This document shows positions 1 through 8,602 of a DNA stretch of 64,000 nucleotides, one piece after another. Made by a program: the position numbers and the translations under genes. This DNA is from Spirochaetales bacterium (GTDB taxonomy: Bacteria > Spirochaetota > Spirochaetia > JABEVK01). The first letter of the stretch is position 1. Each line of letters opens with the position of its first letter. The DNA is taken from assembly GCA_027451945.1 (NCBI GenBank), contig DAIDHT010000018.1, positions 499 to 64,498 of the forward strand, given 5' to 3'. The notes beneath the pieces were generated by a model that ran no database searches, was not told where the DNA came from, and saw only the letters and a list, made by a program, of their open reading frames with translations.

Positions 1-816
1 GTCGCCGGATGGGTGGCTGAACACACCACACCTGTTCTCATTCCGGATGTAACGAGTGATCAGCGTTTTCATGCCGGGATCGATGAAGTCTCAGGGTTTG
101 TCACGCAATCGATCATTGCCGTTCCGCTAGTCAATGAAGGTGAATCTTACGGCGTCATTGAATTAATTAACAAACTTAATGAATCGTCTTTTGATAATAA
201 CGATCTATTGGTTTTACAAACGATTGCTGACTTTGCTGCTATCGCCATCGAACGTGCTTACTATTTGCGCTCGGTCCAACGACTTGCCCTCACCGACGTC
301 TTAACCGGCTTACCAAACCGTCGTGCCTTCGAACGCGCTCTTGACCGAGAAATTGAAAAAACCCGTCGAACGTCGTCGGTATTTTCACTGTTGCTGATTG
401 ACGTAGACAAATTTAAAAGAATCAACGATCAATTTGGCCACAGCGCTGGCGATGAAAGCCTAAAAGCTGTTGCCCAGATTTTGTTCAAGAACAGCCGAAA
501 AGTTGATGTCTGTGCGAGGATGGGTGGCGATGAATTTGCGATCCTATTGCCAGACACCCCTGAAGAAAACGCCCAAGCGTTAGTTGCACGGATCAACGAG
601 GCGTTAAGTCTCCACAACAAGAACGCTTCGATACCGCTGTCCCTGAGTATTGGCGCAAGAATGGTTGATAAACTTAACCCCGAGCATATTCTCGCCGATG
701 CTGACTCTGCTATGTATCGTGCCAAGGCCAAAGATAATTTGTCGCTTGATGATTCTGTAAAGATAGAGTCAGCCCTTGAAGGGTGGATGGAAGGGAAGTC
801 AGACCTTCGGGACTAA
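1..816 (+). CDS. GAF + GGDEF diguanylate cyclase (5'-truncated by window edge)
   Basis: Frame is open from base 1 (VAGWVAEH, GAF-like). GAF segment IIAVPL..GVIELINK; GGDEF domain DVDKFKRIND, RMGGDEF, with RxxD I-site (RKVD). Confidence 0.92.
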   Translation, partial: VAGWVAEHTTPVLIPDVTSDQRFHAGIDEVSGFVTQSIIAVPLVNEGESYGVIELINKLNESSFDNNDLLVLQTIADFAAIAIERAYYLRSVQRLALTDVLTGLPNRRAFERALDREIEKTRRTSSVFSLLLIDVDKFKRINDQFGHSAGDESLKAVAQILFKNSRKVDVCARMGGDEFAILLPDTPEENAQALVARINEALSLHNKNASIPLSLSIGARMVDKLNPEHILADADSAMYRAKAKDNLSLDDSVKIESALEGWMEGKSDLRD

Positions 817-868
817 AGGCAAAAACTTTTTGATCGACAGAATAAGCAAAAAGTGCTAATTTTTTTAC

Positions 869-2023
869 ATGTTTTCGTTTTCATCTATCAACAAGATTGC
901 CAAGTCTGGGCCTAAAGCCTTGTTTCTTTTGGGTTTAGTCCTACTTAGCTTGAATGTTACGTCATGCCCAACCCCCACAGCTTTATCGGATTCAAAATAT
1001 AAAGTAACGTACGTATCAAATGGTGCTACCAGCGGTACTGTTCCTATCGATATAAACTCCTACAACCCCGGAGCCTCCGTGACTGTCTTGGGTAACACCG
1101 GCGGTTTAGCCCTGGCAGGTTCAACTTTTGTCGGGTGGAACACCCAAGCCAATGGTTCAGGGACGTCGTACACGGCAGGCGCAACCTTGACCATGGGCAG
1201 TGCCAATATTGTCCTTTATGCCATTTGGACTACTCTCCCTACCTACACAATCTCTTACAATTCCAACGGTGCCACCAGCGGCACTGCCCCAACGGATTCG
1301 AACAACTATCTTTCGGGAGACATTGCCACAGTTCAGACCAACTCGGGTTCACTGGCCCGCTCCGGTTTTACCTTCGCCGGGTGGAATACTCTCGCTAATG
1401 GGACAGGAACTCCATACACAGGTGGCTCGACCCTTACCATGGGCAGTGCCAATGTAATCCTTTATGCGGTCTGGACCACGCAACCAACCTATACTGTCAC
1501 TTACAATTCCAACGGTGCCACCAGTGGCACTGCTCCCACCGATTCTAACAGCTACCTTTCAGGAGCCAACGCCACAGTTCTCACCAACTCAGGCTCACTT
1601 GCCCGCACTGGGTACGCATTTGCTGGCTGGAACACCCAGGCCAATGGTTCAGGCACTTCGTACCAACCGGGATCCACCCTGTCCATTGCCAGCGCCAACG
1701 TTACGCTGTATGCCTCGTGGACAAACTCCAACACAGGCACCATAACCATCAGTAACCCAATTACCTACACGGTCAGTATTGCAGGACCGTCCACAGTCTA
1801 TGTGGGAGTGGCCGCCACCTTTACCTCTACGTATACCGGTAGTCCGCAAAGTTACCAATGGTACTTGGACGGTACGCCACTTTCAGGCGCGACCACGGCG
1901 AGCCTTAGCCTCACACCAACGGCCACGACTGGTAACTTCGGTCTGAACCAACTGATGCTCGTTATCACCGATGCCAACGGGTTAACTTACTCTGGCTCAC
2001 TGTCAATGACGCTTAGCAATTAG
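869..2023 (+). CDS. Lipoprotein with three InlB B-repeat (Listeria-Bacteroides repeat)-like units and a C-terminal Ig-like domain
   Basis: Hydrophobic signal ending VTSC; three ~82-aa repeats YxVTYnsNGATSG..P.D...GWNT.ANG.GT.Y...L.....LYA.W; C-terminal YQWYLDG domain ending YSGSLSMTLSN. Confidence 0.85.
   Translation: MFSFSSINKIAKSGPKALFLLGLVLLSLNVTSCPTPTALSDSKYKVTYVSNGATSGTVPIDINSYNPGASVTVLGNTGGLALAGSTFVGWNTQANGSGTSYTAGATLTMGSANIVLYAIWTTLPTYTISYNSNGATSGTAPTDSNNYLSGDIATVQTNSGSLARSGFTFAGWNTLANGTGTPYTGGSTLTMGSANVILYAVWTTQPTYTVTYNSNGATSGTAPTDSNSYLSGANATVLTNSGSLARTGYAFAGWNTQANGSGTSYQPGSTLSIASANVTLYASWTNSNTGTITISNPITYTVSIAGPSTVYVGVAATFTSTYTGSPQSYQWYLDGTPLSGATTASLSLTPTATTGNFGLNQLMLVITDANGLTYSGSLSMTLSN
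998..1722 (+). repeat. Intragenic ~246-bp tandem repeat x3 (coding InlB B-repeats)
   Basis: e.g. cttacaattccaacggtgccaccag at ~1254 and ~1500; tggaacacccaagccaatggttcagg at ~1136 and near-identical at ~1628. Confidence 0.85.
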
Positions 2024-2033
2024 GGAGTTATGT

Positions 2034-4502
2034 ATGTTGCGCTTACCTGTTACCCTTACTTTAATTTTGCTCTCGCTTGTGTTAGGAGCCTGTCAGAACC
2101 CAATCAGCAAAGCAGCGTCACCTGGTGTTACGATTGTTTGGTCCACAAACCCTCGAACCATCCTCCCAGCCAATTTTCCCACGCCGACGACTTATTCTGT
2201 TACCCTAACGCCCGCCAAGGGTTCGGCGGTTACTCAAACAGGACTAACGACTTCTAGTTGGACGTTTAAAAACCTCACCCCGGCGGTCTACTCGATTCTG
2301 GTTCAAGGGTTGGATAGTTCAGGTTCTGTAATTGCTCAAGGGACCTCGTCTGTCGATACAACGACAGGGTCTACCACTACCGCCTTGGTTACTTTGAGCT
2401 ATTTGTCGAGCGGCAGTGGAACAGGGCAGATCCATTTAACGTTGAATTTTCAGACCACAGGTTTTACGCCGACAGCTGCCTCCTTGACTCTAACAACGCC
2501 AACGGGTCAAGTTCTCAACCCAACACTAACGTTAAGTGGTTCAACCTATACGTATAGTAATACCACAGCCTCGGTAGGGTCCTATCAAATGACCGCAGTT
2601 TTAGTGAATGGCAATGCCAAGGCCCTCCAGACAAGCTCGTTGTTGGTTTTTCAAGGTTTAGATTCTGCGGCGACCCTGAACTTTCAAGCCTCGGACTTCA
2701 ACATTCCCTTTAAAAATCTTACGTTTCAAAATACCCGGTCTACTTCAGATATTTATCCGTACCTAACTTCCCTCGCTTTTGACCCGGCCTCACAAATTCT
2801 TTGCGCTGGAACTAATGGTGTAGGCTTACTCTTGTCTACCAACGGAGGTACGAGTTGGACCAACATTACCACCAACAACGGGTTAAGAAATAATTATGTC
2901 CAAGCCGTTGCCGTTTCAGGAACGACAATTTACGTAGGAACCAATGGTGGGGGCTTATCAGTCTCTTTAAACGGAGGCTCCACCTGGACCACCTACACCA
3001 CGGCTAATGGCCTGGCAGGCAACTCTGTCTCTTGCCTCGCGGTTTCAGGTTCGACGTTGTATGTCGGCACCTATGGGGGTGGGGTATCCATCACCACCAA
3101 CGGCGGGGCCAACTGGTTCAATGCCGTAAACTCGACCGCCACGACCAGCCTAGCGAGTAACGAAATCAACGCCCTGGCGGTTTCAGGCTCAACCCTGTAT
3201 GCCGCAACTCAAGGCTCGGGAATTTCAGTCTCCACCAATGGCGGCTCGACTTGGACAACCTACAATAACGCCACCAACGGCTTGGCAAGCGATTATGTTT
3301 CTGGATTAGCAGTTTCGGGTTCGACCCTCTACGCCGCCACGCAAGGGGGTGGCCTTTCGGTTTCAACCAACGGAGGCACCAGTTGGACCAACTATACCAC
3401 CACCAACGGTTTGGCCAGCAACCAGCTTAATAGTATCACCGTGGTGGGGAGCACACTTTACGCCGCAACCTTGGACGGTGGTCTGTCGGTTTCAACCAAC
3501 GCCGGCACCAGTTGGACAACGTACAATACCAGCAGTGGGTTAGCTAATAACGATATAACTGGTTTCGCAGTATCGGGGAGCAACCTGTATGCCGCAACGT
3601 TCGGGGGTGGCTTTGCTTACTCATCCAATAGCGGAAGCACGTGGACGGTCGAGCAAGATATCTCGGCCCTGAGCAGCAATACAGGAAATGCGGTCACTTT
3701 CTCGGGTAGTAACCTGTATGCCGCTACCGCCAACGGGTTGCTGGTCTCGACCAACAGCGGTTCTAGCTGGTCCCAGTTTGGCACAGGGGGTCCAGAAAAC
3801 ACCTGGGTATATGCGCTTCAAGTTGCCAACTCGGCGATTTATGCCGGCACCGCCAAGGGGCTTTTTATCTCGCTCGATGGGGGAACAACCTGGACTGCGT
3901 ATACCACAACAAATGGCTTAGCCAGCAACCAAATTACCGCACTTTTGGTGAACGGGACTACACTTTATGCTGGAACGCAGACGGGGGGTCTTTCTATCTC
4001 AACTAATAGTGGATCCACCTGGACAACCGTCACGACAGCAAATGGGCTGGGGAGTAACGACGTAACGGGCTTGGCGCTTTCGGGAACGACTGTCTATGCG
4101 GCCACCTACGGCGGGGGACTTTCGTATTCCTCAAACGGCACCAGTTGGGCCACCTACACCACCGCCAATGGTTTGCCGAGTAACAATCTTACCGGTGTCG
4201 TGGTAGCGGGGAGTAACCTCTATGTTCCCACCCAAGCCGGGTTGTCAGTTTCAACGAACTCAGGTACGTCGTGGACAACCCTGACGGGCTTACCCAGCCT
4301 CAATATCGCTTCGGTGACTGTTTCGGGATCGACAATTTATGCCTCTACCAATGCAGGTCTAGCACTTTCAAGTAATGCAGGGCTGAATTGGCAAACCTAT
4401 ACAACGATCAACGGCTTGGGAAGTAATACTGTTAACAGTGTCTTCGTCAACGGCAGTACCATTTACGCCGCGACCGCAGGCGGCATAGCCATTTCGCAAT
4501 AG
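2034..4502 (+). CDS. Surface lipoprotein: N-terminal beta-rich module plus BNR/Asp-box-like beta-propeller repeats
   Basis: Lipobox LGAC; RTILP motif; 13 copies of an S.NxG.xW motif in ~43-aa repeats (GLASN.V..LAVSG.TLYAAT.GGGLS), consistent with about two 7-bladed propellers; SD GGGAG upstream. Confidence 0.85.
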   Translation: MLRLPVTLTLILLSLVLGACQNPISKAASPGVTIVWSTNPRTILPANFPTPTTYSVTLTPAKGSAVTQTGLTTSSWTFKNLTPAVYSILVQGLDSSGSVIAQGTSSVDTTTGSTTTALVTLSYLSSGSGTGQIHLTLNFQTTGFTPTAASLTLTTPTGQVLNPTLTLSGSTYTYSNTTASVGSYQMTAVLVNGNAKALQTSSLLVFQGLDSAATLNFQASDFNIPFKNLTFQNTRSTSDIYPYLTSLAFDPASQILCAGTNGVGLLLSTNGGTSWTNITTNNGLRNNYVQAVAVSGTTIYVGTNGGGLSVSLNGGSTWTTYTTANGLAGNSVSCLAVSGSTLYVGTYGGGVSITTNGGANWFNAVNSTATTSLASNEINALAVSGSTLYAATQGSGISVSTNGGSTWTTYNNATNGLASDYVSGLAVSGSTLYAATQGGGLSVSTNGGTSWTNYTTTNGLASNQLNSITVVGSTLYAATLDGGLSVSTNAGTSWTTYNTSSGLANNDITGFAVSGSNLYAATFGGGFAYSSNSGSTWTVEQDISALSSNTGNAVTFSGSNLYAATANGLLVSTNSGSSWSQFGTGGPENTWVYALQVANSAIYAGTAKGLFISLDGGTTWTAYTTTNGLASNQITALLVNGTTLYAGTQTGGLSISTNSGSTWTTVTTANGLGSNDVTGLALSGTTVYAATYGGGLSYSSNGTSWATYTTANGLPSNNLTGVVVAGSNLYVPTQAGLSVSTNSGTSWTTLTGLPSLNIASVTVSGSTIYASTNAGLALSSNAGLNWQTYTTINGLGSNTVNSVFVNGSTIYAATAGGIAISQ

Positions 4503-4527
4503 AGGTCCAAGTGTCGAAAGGGAAGCT

Positions 4528-5868
4528 TCAGTGCGCCTGACCTTCCTCGGCTTGAAGGGCCTGATCGTACGTCGCTTCGTCTAATGGGTAGCGAAATAGC
4601 AAAAGGCCTGCTCCTAAAAATAAAAACGCAGGGACGGGGCCGGCGAGGGTTTGAATCGCCGCCAAGGCGGACCCTATTTGACTGTGATCGGCGACATAAC
4701 CCGACCAAGCCAACACCAAACCCGACAGTCCGACGGCGCTCATCTGTGCTAATTTCAACGAAAAATTCCACAAGCCGTAATGAGCGCCTTCTTCTCGCCG
4801 CCCGGTTTGCCTCGCCATGACTTCAATCGCATCCGGCAACAAGGCATAGGGCGGTGCGTAACTAAAACCTAACCCGATACCGGCAAGGGCCATCACGCCC
4901 TCGACAAACCCGGCACCGCAGGATTTTCCGAACAACCAAACCAAGGTTGCCGCGACCATGAGGAACAACATTGCCAACTGGTAGGCCCTCACCTTGCCCC
5001 AGCGTTTAGCAAAAAGCACACTGAAAGGAATCGAGACTGCCGCCACCAACATCAGGCTCAACATCCCGATCGTGGTCCCCGCTTCATCGTGCAGGACGTA
5101 TTTGAACAAATACACCATACTGCCCGAAAGAAAGGTGATCCCGAGAATATGTACAGTGTAAGCCCCTAGCAAGAGGCGGTACGGTCGGTTTTTCCAAACA
5201 CCCAACCAACTGCGCCACAAGGGTTCGCCCTCGACCACAGCGGGAACGGCGCGCTCCCGAACACTCAGACCGGTGATCAGAGTAGACACCGCAACAATTC
5301 CCCCAAAGATCAGCCCTACCAAACGAAAGCCCGCTTCGTGATTATGCGGAAAGAAGTGAAGGATGGGTTGAACTAAAGCGGCACCACAAATGGTACCCAG
5401 AATAGCAAAACCAAACCGGTACCCGTTAAGCGAGGTTCGCTCATGGTAGTCGGTCGTCATTTCGGGCGTGAGGGCGCCATAAGGGATATTCACTAAACTA
5501 AACGCCGTGCTCAACAGAGCAAAGAGAAGAATCGCCCACCAAAACAACACCAGCGGAACGGTTGTCTTGGGTGCCGAGAAGAAAAGCGCTAGAATAACGC
5601 CCACGGGGATAGCCCCCAACAGCATATACGGCCGCCTTCGCCCCCAACGTGTCTTGGTTCGGTCACTGAGAAGCCCGATCATGGGGTCGGCAAACGCATC
5701 CCACAGTCGGCCTACCGCAAGAGCAAGCCCAGCTAACCCTGCCGCCAGCCCCACGGTATCCGTTAAGTAGTTTAATGCCCAAAAGGAGATCGCCGTAAAA
5801 AACAAATTGCCACCGAGATCGGCTACCCCAAAGCCCAGCTTGGTACGTACTGAAAGCTTCTCAGACAT
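4528..5868 (-). CDS. MFS transporter, glycoside-pentoside-hexuronide (MelB/GPH) family
   Basis: KLGFGVADLG, WDAFADPMIGLLSDRTKTRWGRRRPY, PYGALTPEMT..YHERT motifs; ~12 TM segments; ATG at 5868 with SD AGGGAG. Confidence 0.92.
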   Translation of the reverse strand: MSEKLSVRTKLGFGVADLGGNLFFTAISFWALNYLTDTVGLAAGLAGLALAVGRLWDAFADPMIGLLSDRTKTRWGRRRPYMLLGAIPVGVILALFFSAPKTTVPLVLFWWAILLFALLSTAFSLVNIPYGALTPEMTTDYHERTSLNGYRFGFAILGTICGAALVQPILHFFPHNHEAGFRLVGLIFGGIVAVSTLITGLSVRERAVPAVVEGEPLWRSWLGVWKNRPYRLLLGAYTVHILGITFLSGSMVYLFKYVLHDEAGTTIGMLSLMLVAAVSIPFSVLFAKRWGKVRAYQLAMLFLMVAATLVWLFGKSCGAGFVEGVMALAGIGLGFSYAPPYALLPDAIEVMARQTGRREEGAHYGLWNFSLKLAQMSAVGLSGLVLAWSGYVADHSQIGSALAAIQTLAGPVPAFLFLGAGLLLFRYPLDEATYDQALQAEEGQAH

Positions 5869-6014
5869 TAACAACTCCCTCCGCCACAGGTTGCCCCGGC
5901 CGCTTCACGGCAAGAATCGCAGATCACAACGCCCCACACAGGCTCTGCCGTACAGCCGCAAAGCAGGCATTTGTCAGAGTTCACCTTGTCAGATTTGGCA
6001 TTGTCGGCGTTCAA
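5868..6014 (-). CDS. Small Cys-rich protein (48 aa), possible Zn-ribbon or metal-binding microprotein
   Basis: TTG start overlaps the upstream TGA (TTGA) and its TAA overlaps the downstream ATG (TAATG). Sequence MNADNAKSDKVNSDKCLLCGCTAEPVWGVVICDSCREAAGATCGGGSC. Confidence 0.65.
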   Translation of the reverse strand: MNADNAKSDKVNSDKCLLCGCTAEPVWGVVICDSCREAAGATCGGGSC

Positions 6015-6517
6015 AAGCCTACTCCAGGAACTTTTCGGGGGCGCCGAAAACGGGCCAAGCCCATATTGCGAACTTGCGCGGTATGATAGGTATCGTGAGG
6101 CGGAATCCATAGTAAGGCTTCGCTGAGCGTGCAGTCCCAGGCAGGAAAAGGATCATTAAGATGACTCGCATCAAGCCCGCGAACCGTTACTGTGAACGCC
6201 TCATGCACCTTCTCGGCATAGCCCAGGGCCGAACTCCAAGCTTGCGGTGAAACATCGGGAATGGGAGGAAAGCTCCCCTCCTGCCAGGGGTAAGGGTCAC
6301 AACCAGCCGATTGGCCGAGGTGTCGAACAATCGCGTATTTAAAGAAGATGCAATGAACAAGATTGTCCCAGGCAGAGTATCCTTCAATGGTTTTACGGTC
6401 AGCCGCCTCTTCGGGGGTTAACTGCCGCAAAGTTTCCATCAGGGATTGGCCGTTGAATGTGTGCCCGCGGAACTCACGGTCGGCCATCTCGGCTAAAAGT
6501 TGTAGATCTGGGGTCAC
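6011..6517 (-). CDS. DinB/DinB_2 family protein
   Basis: SAWDNLVHC and HDTYHTAQV His motifs; GTG start with SD AGGGAGG; upstream TTGCCT-17-CATAAT. Confidence 0.8.
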   Translation of the reverse strand: MTPDLQLLAEMADREFRGHTFNGQSLMETLRQLTPEEAADRKTIEGYSAWDNLVHCIFFKYAIVRHLGQSAGCDPYPWQEGSFPPIPDVSPQAWSSALGYAEKVHEAFTVTVRGLDASHLNDPFPAWDCTLSEALLWIPPHDTYHTAQVRNMGLARFRRPRKVPGVGF

Positions 6518-6599
6518 AAAGCCTCCCTGTCAGGCGTTCGCCAGAACTCTATTATGCGCTGACTTACGCCACGAGGCAAGTTGTGGCTTTTAATTTCTG

Positions 6600-7166
6600 C
6601 TAGAACCGGTACCCAACAAGTATTCCCCCGTCGTAAGCCAGGTTGTACGGATAGGTGTTGAGGTCGGTATAATTGTTCGCTGGCTGGGCCACAAAAACGG
6701 GTTTTCCTACGGCAAAGTTCAAATCAATGTCAAACTGACCCAAGATCCACTTATAGCCTAAACCACCCTCAAGAGGAACAGTGAGGATGGTCGAGTTTGT
6801 GCCTAAAACATTCACCGTAAAACTCGTTACCCCCGTCTCGACTAAGAGATAAACTCCATTGCGGTACAATTGGGGATACATCCGAACTTCCGCCAAAAGG
6901 CCATAACCAGAAAAGGCGAACGCTGTTAACGAACCAAGAGTTTGCGAAAAGTCAAAAAAGTTAGCCTTGATACCCAACGAGGTAAAGCCGTCGGCGGCAA
7001 GGTTAGTTTCAAACCGTAGGCTATAATCGCCAACAAGGAGGCCAAGCAAATTGGTGTCGATTTCGCTGGCTTTTTTAAGGCCAGCGGGAACTTTGGCGAC
7101 GTCTTGTCCGTACGAAAAGCTCACTACCGAACAAAGGATCAAGAGAACGACCAAGGAATTTTTCAT
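6600..7166 (-). CDS. Predicted small outer-membrane beta-barrel protein (DUF3575-like), paralog 1
   Basis: Signal peptide, alternating beta-strands, GGLGYKW motif, C-terminal aromatic VGYRF. Confidence 0.72.
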   Translation of the reverse strand: MKNSLVVLLILCSVVSFSYGQDVAKVPAGLKKASEIDTNLLGLLVGDYSLRFETNLAADGFTSLGIKANFFDFSQTLGSLTAFAFSGYGLLAEVRMYPQLYRNGVYLLVETGVTSFTVNVLGTNSTILTVPLEGGLGYKWILGQFDIDLNFAVGKPVFVAQPANNYTDLNTYPYNLAYDGGILVGYRF

Positions 7167-7185
7167 CGATTATTGCGCTAGCACC

Positions 7186-7743
7186 TTAGAACCGGTACCC
7201 AACCAGCAATCCACCGTCGAAGGCTAAATTAAAGGGATAGGAATTGAGGTCCACGATATTGTTCGCCGGCTGATTGACATACACTTGTTTCCCAGCGGCA
7301 ACGTTTAAATCGATATCAAACTGGCCAATGTTCCATTTATACCCCAAGCCCCCTTCGAACGGAATACTGCCTAAGGTGACTGAACCTGTGCTGTCTGAAA
7401 TTGTCGACCCCACATAGCCGGTTTCAACCAACAAATAAAAGCCATCGCGGTACCGAGCCGGGTAAAGCCTAAGGTCTCCCATCACGCTGTAGCCGGTGTC
7501 TGTCAAAGAGGTCCCCGACACGGTGTTAGAATTGAAGCTCGCCTTGATACCCACCGAGGTAAAGCCGTCGGCGGCAAGATTCGTCTCAAAGCGCAAGGTG
7601 TAATACCCAACAAAGAGCCCAATAAAATTGGTGTCGATTTCGCTGGCCTTTTTTAAGCCTTCAGGAATTTTTTTCGCCTCTTGCGCATACGCAATGGTTG
7701 CAGAAACAAGGAGAAGTAAAACTATTCCCAGAGATTTTTTCAC
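7186..7743 (-). CDS. Predicted small outer-membrane beta-barrel protein (DUF3575-like), paralog 2
   Basis: GTG start at 7743 with SD GAGG; shares GLKKASEIDTN, LRFETNLAADGFTS, EGGLGYKW and VGYRF with the neighbouring gene. Confidence 0.72.
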   Translation of the reverse strand: MKKSLGIVLLLLVSATIAYAQEAKKIPEGLKKASEIDTNFIGLFVGYYTLRFETNLAADGFTSVGIKASFNSNTVSGTSLTDTGYSVMGDLRLYPARYRDGFYLLVETGYVGSTISDSTGSVTLGSIPFEGGLGYKWNIGQFDIDLNVAAGKQVYVNQPANNIVDLNSYPFNLAFDGGLLVGYRF

Positions 7744-7926
7744 GTTTTTGCCTCGCTTTGAATTAACGTTGTAAATTACGGTCGTGTTCAACACAGTAAG
7801 GCCGCAGTCTTTGGTTGTCAATTAAAAACTTTTTTGAAGCGAAACCTTTTTGGTTGCCGTCTTTAGGGTTAAGCACGGACCGACAAAAACCTACCGGCGT
7901 GACAAAACCTTTGTGGAGGTACCGCG

Positions 7927-8577
7927 ATGGTACACGTTGCCTTTTTTAAACGCGCGATCGGAACTCAAAAAATTACTTTTGCCCGCCAAATCAACAAGAA
8001 CAAGATGTCCTTCGAAGACGTCTTGGCTCTCATGGGCAAACGAACCAGCCTTTCCGAGGCCGATATGCGTTCGGTGTTTGCCCATTTTTGCGAACACTTG
8101 GTGTCGTTCTTACCAAAGGGGCACACAATCCAAACTCCCCTCGGGGTCTTTTCGCTGGGTGTCAACCCCGAAAAGCTACGACTGCGCCTGCGCTGCAAAA
8201 GAGCCTTAGTGAACCGCCTCAAGGAGGCGACAACATTACGCTTGGTCGAAACCCCAGCGGTTCCCCTTCCTACCATTTTTCGCGCTCTACCCACCGAAAG
8301 TGAGGGTCTTAATCAGGGAATCCCCGGCGAAGTCCTGCACCTGATCGGGTTGCGCTTAAAATTTTCTCCCCATGATCTGACCTCCGGGGTCTTTTTCATC
8401 GACAGCGCAGGAGCCGAAACCCGAGCCACCGTGTACTGCCGCATTGCCAAAAAGGTGGTGGATATTAAAGTTCCTTTGGTCGGGCCCGGGGCCTACCGGT
8501 TAGAAGTCCGTACAACCTCTTTGAGCAAGGCCTTGCGTTCTGGACAGCTCGAGGCAAGTTTTACGGTTTTATCCTGA
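7927..8577 (+). CDS. HU-like DNA-binding domain + DUF4469 Ig-like domain protein
   Basis: N-terminal HU-like segment (TSLSEADM..G.TIQTPLGVF); C-terminal G.RLKF...GVFF...VP....G.YRLEVRT; SD GGAGG. Confidence 0.7.
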   Translation: MVHVAFFKRAIGTQKITFARQINKNKMSFEDVLALMGKRTSLSEADMRSVFAHFCEHLVSFLPKGHTIQTPLGVFSLGVNPEKLRLRLRCKRALVNRLKEATTLRLVETPAVPLPTIFRALPTESEGLNQGIPGEVLHLIGLRLKFSPHDLTSGVFFIDSAGAETRATVYCRIAKKVVDIKVPLVGPGAYRLEVRTTSLSKALRSGQLEASFTVLS

Positions 8578-8602
8578 CCCTTTATCTCGGTCTGCTGTCG
8601 TC

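Noticed and set aside
5868-6110. 80-aa version of the Cys-rich ORF
   Set aside because: It overlaps DinB by 100 nt; the TTG at 6014 gives clean translational coupling.
7744-7926. Possible riboswitch or gacaaaa(a)cct repeat pair
   Set aside because: No match to riboswitch consensus sequences I can recognise; only two short copies.
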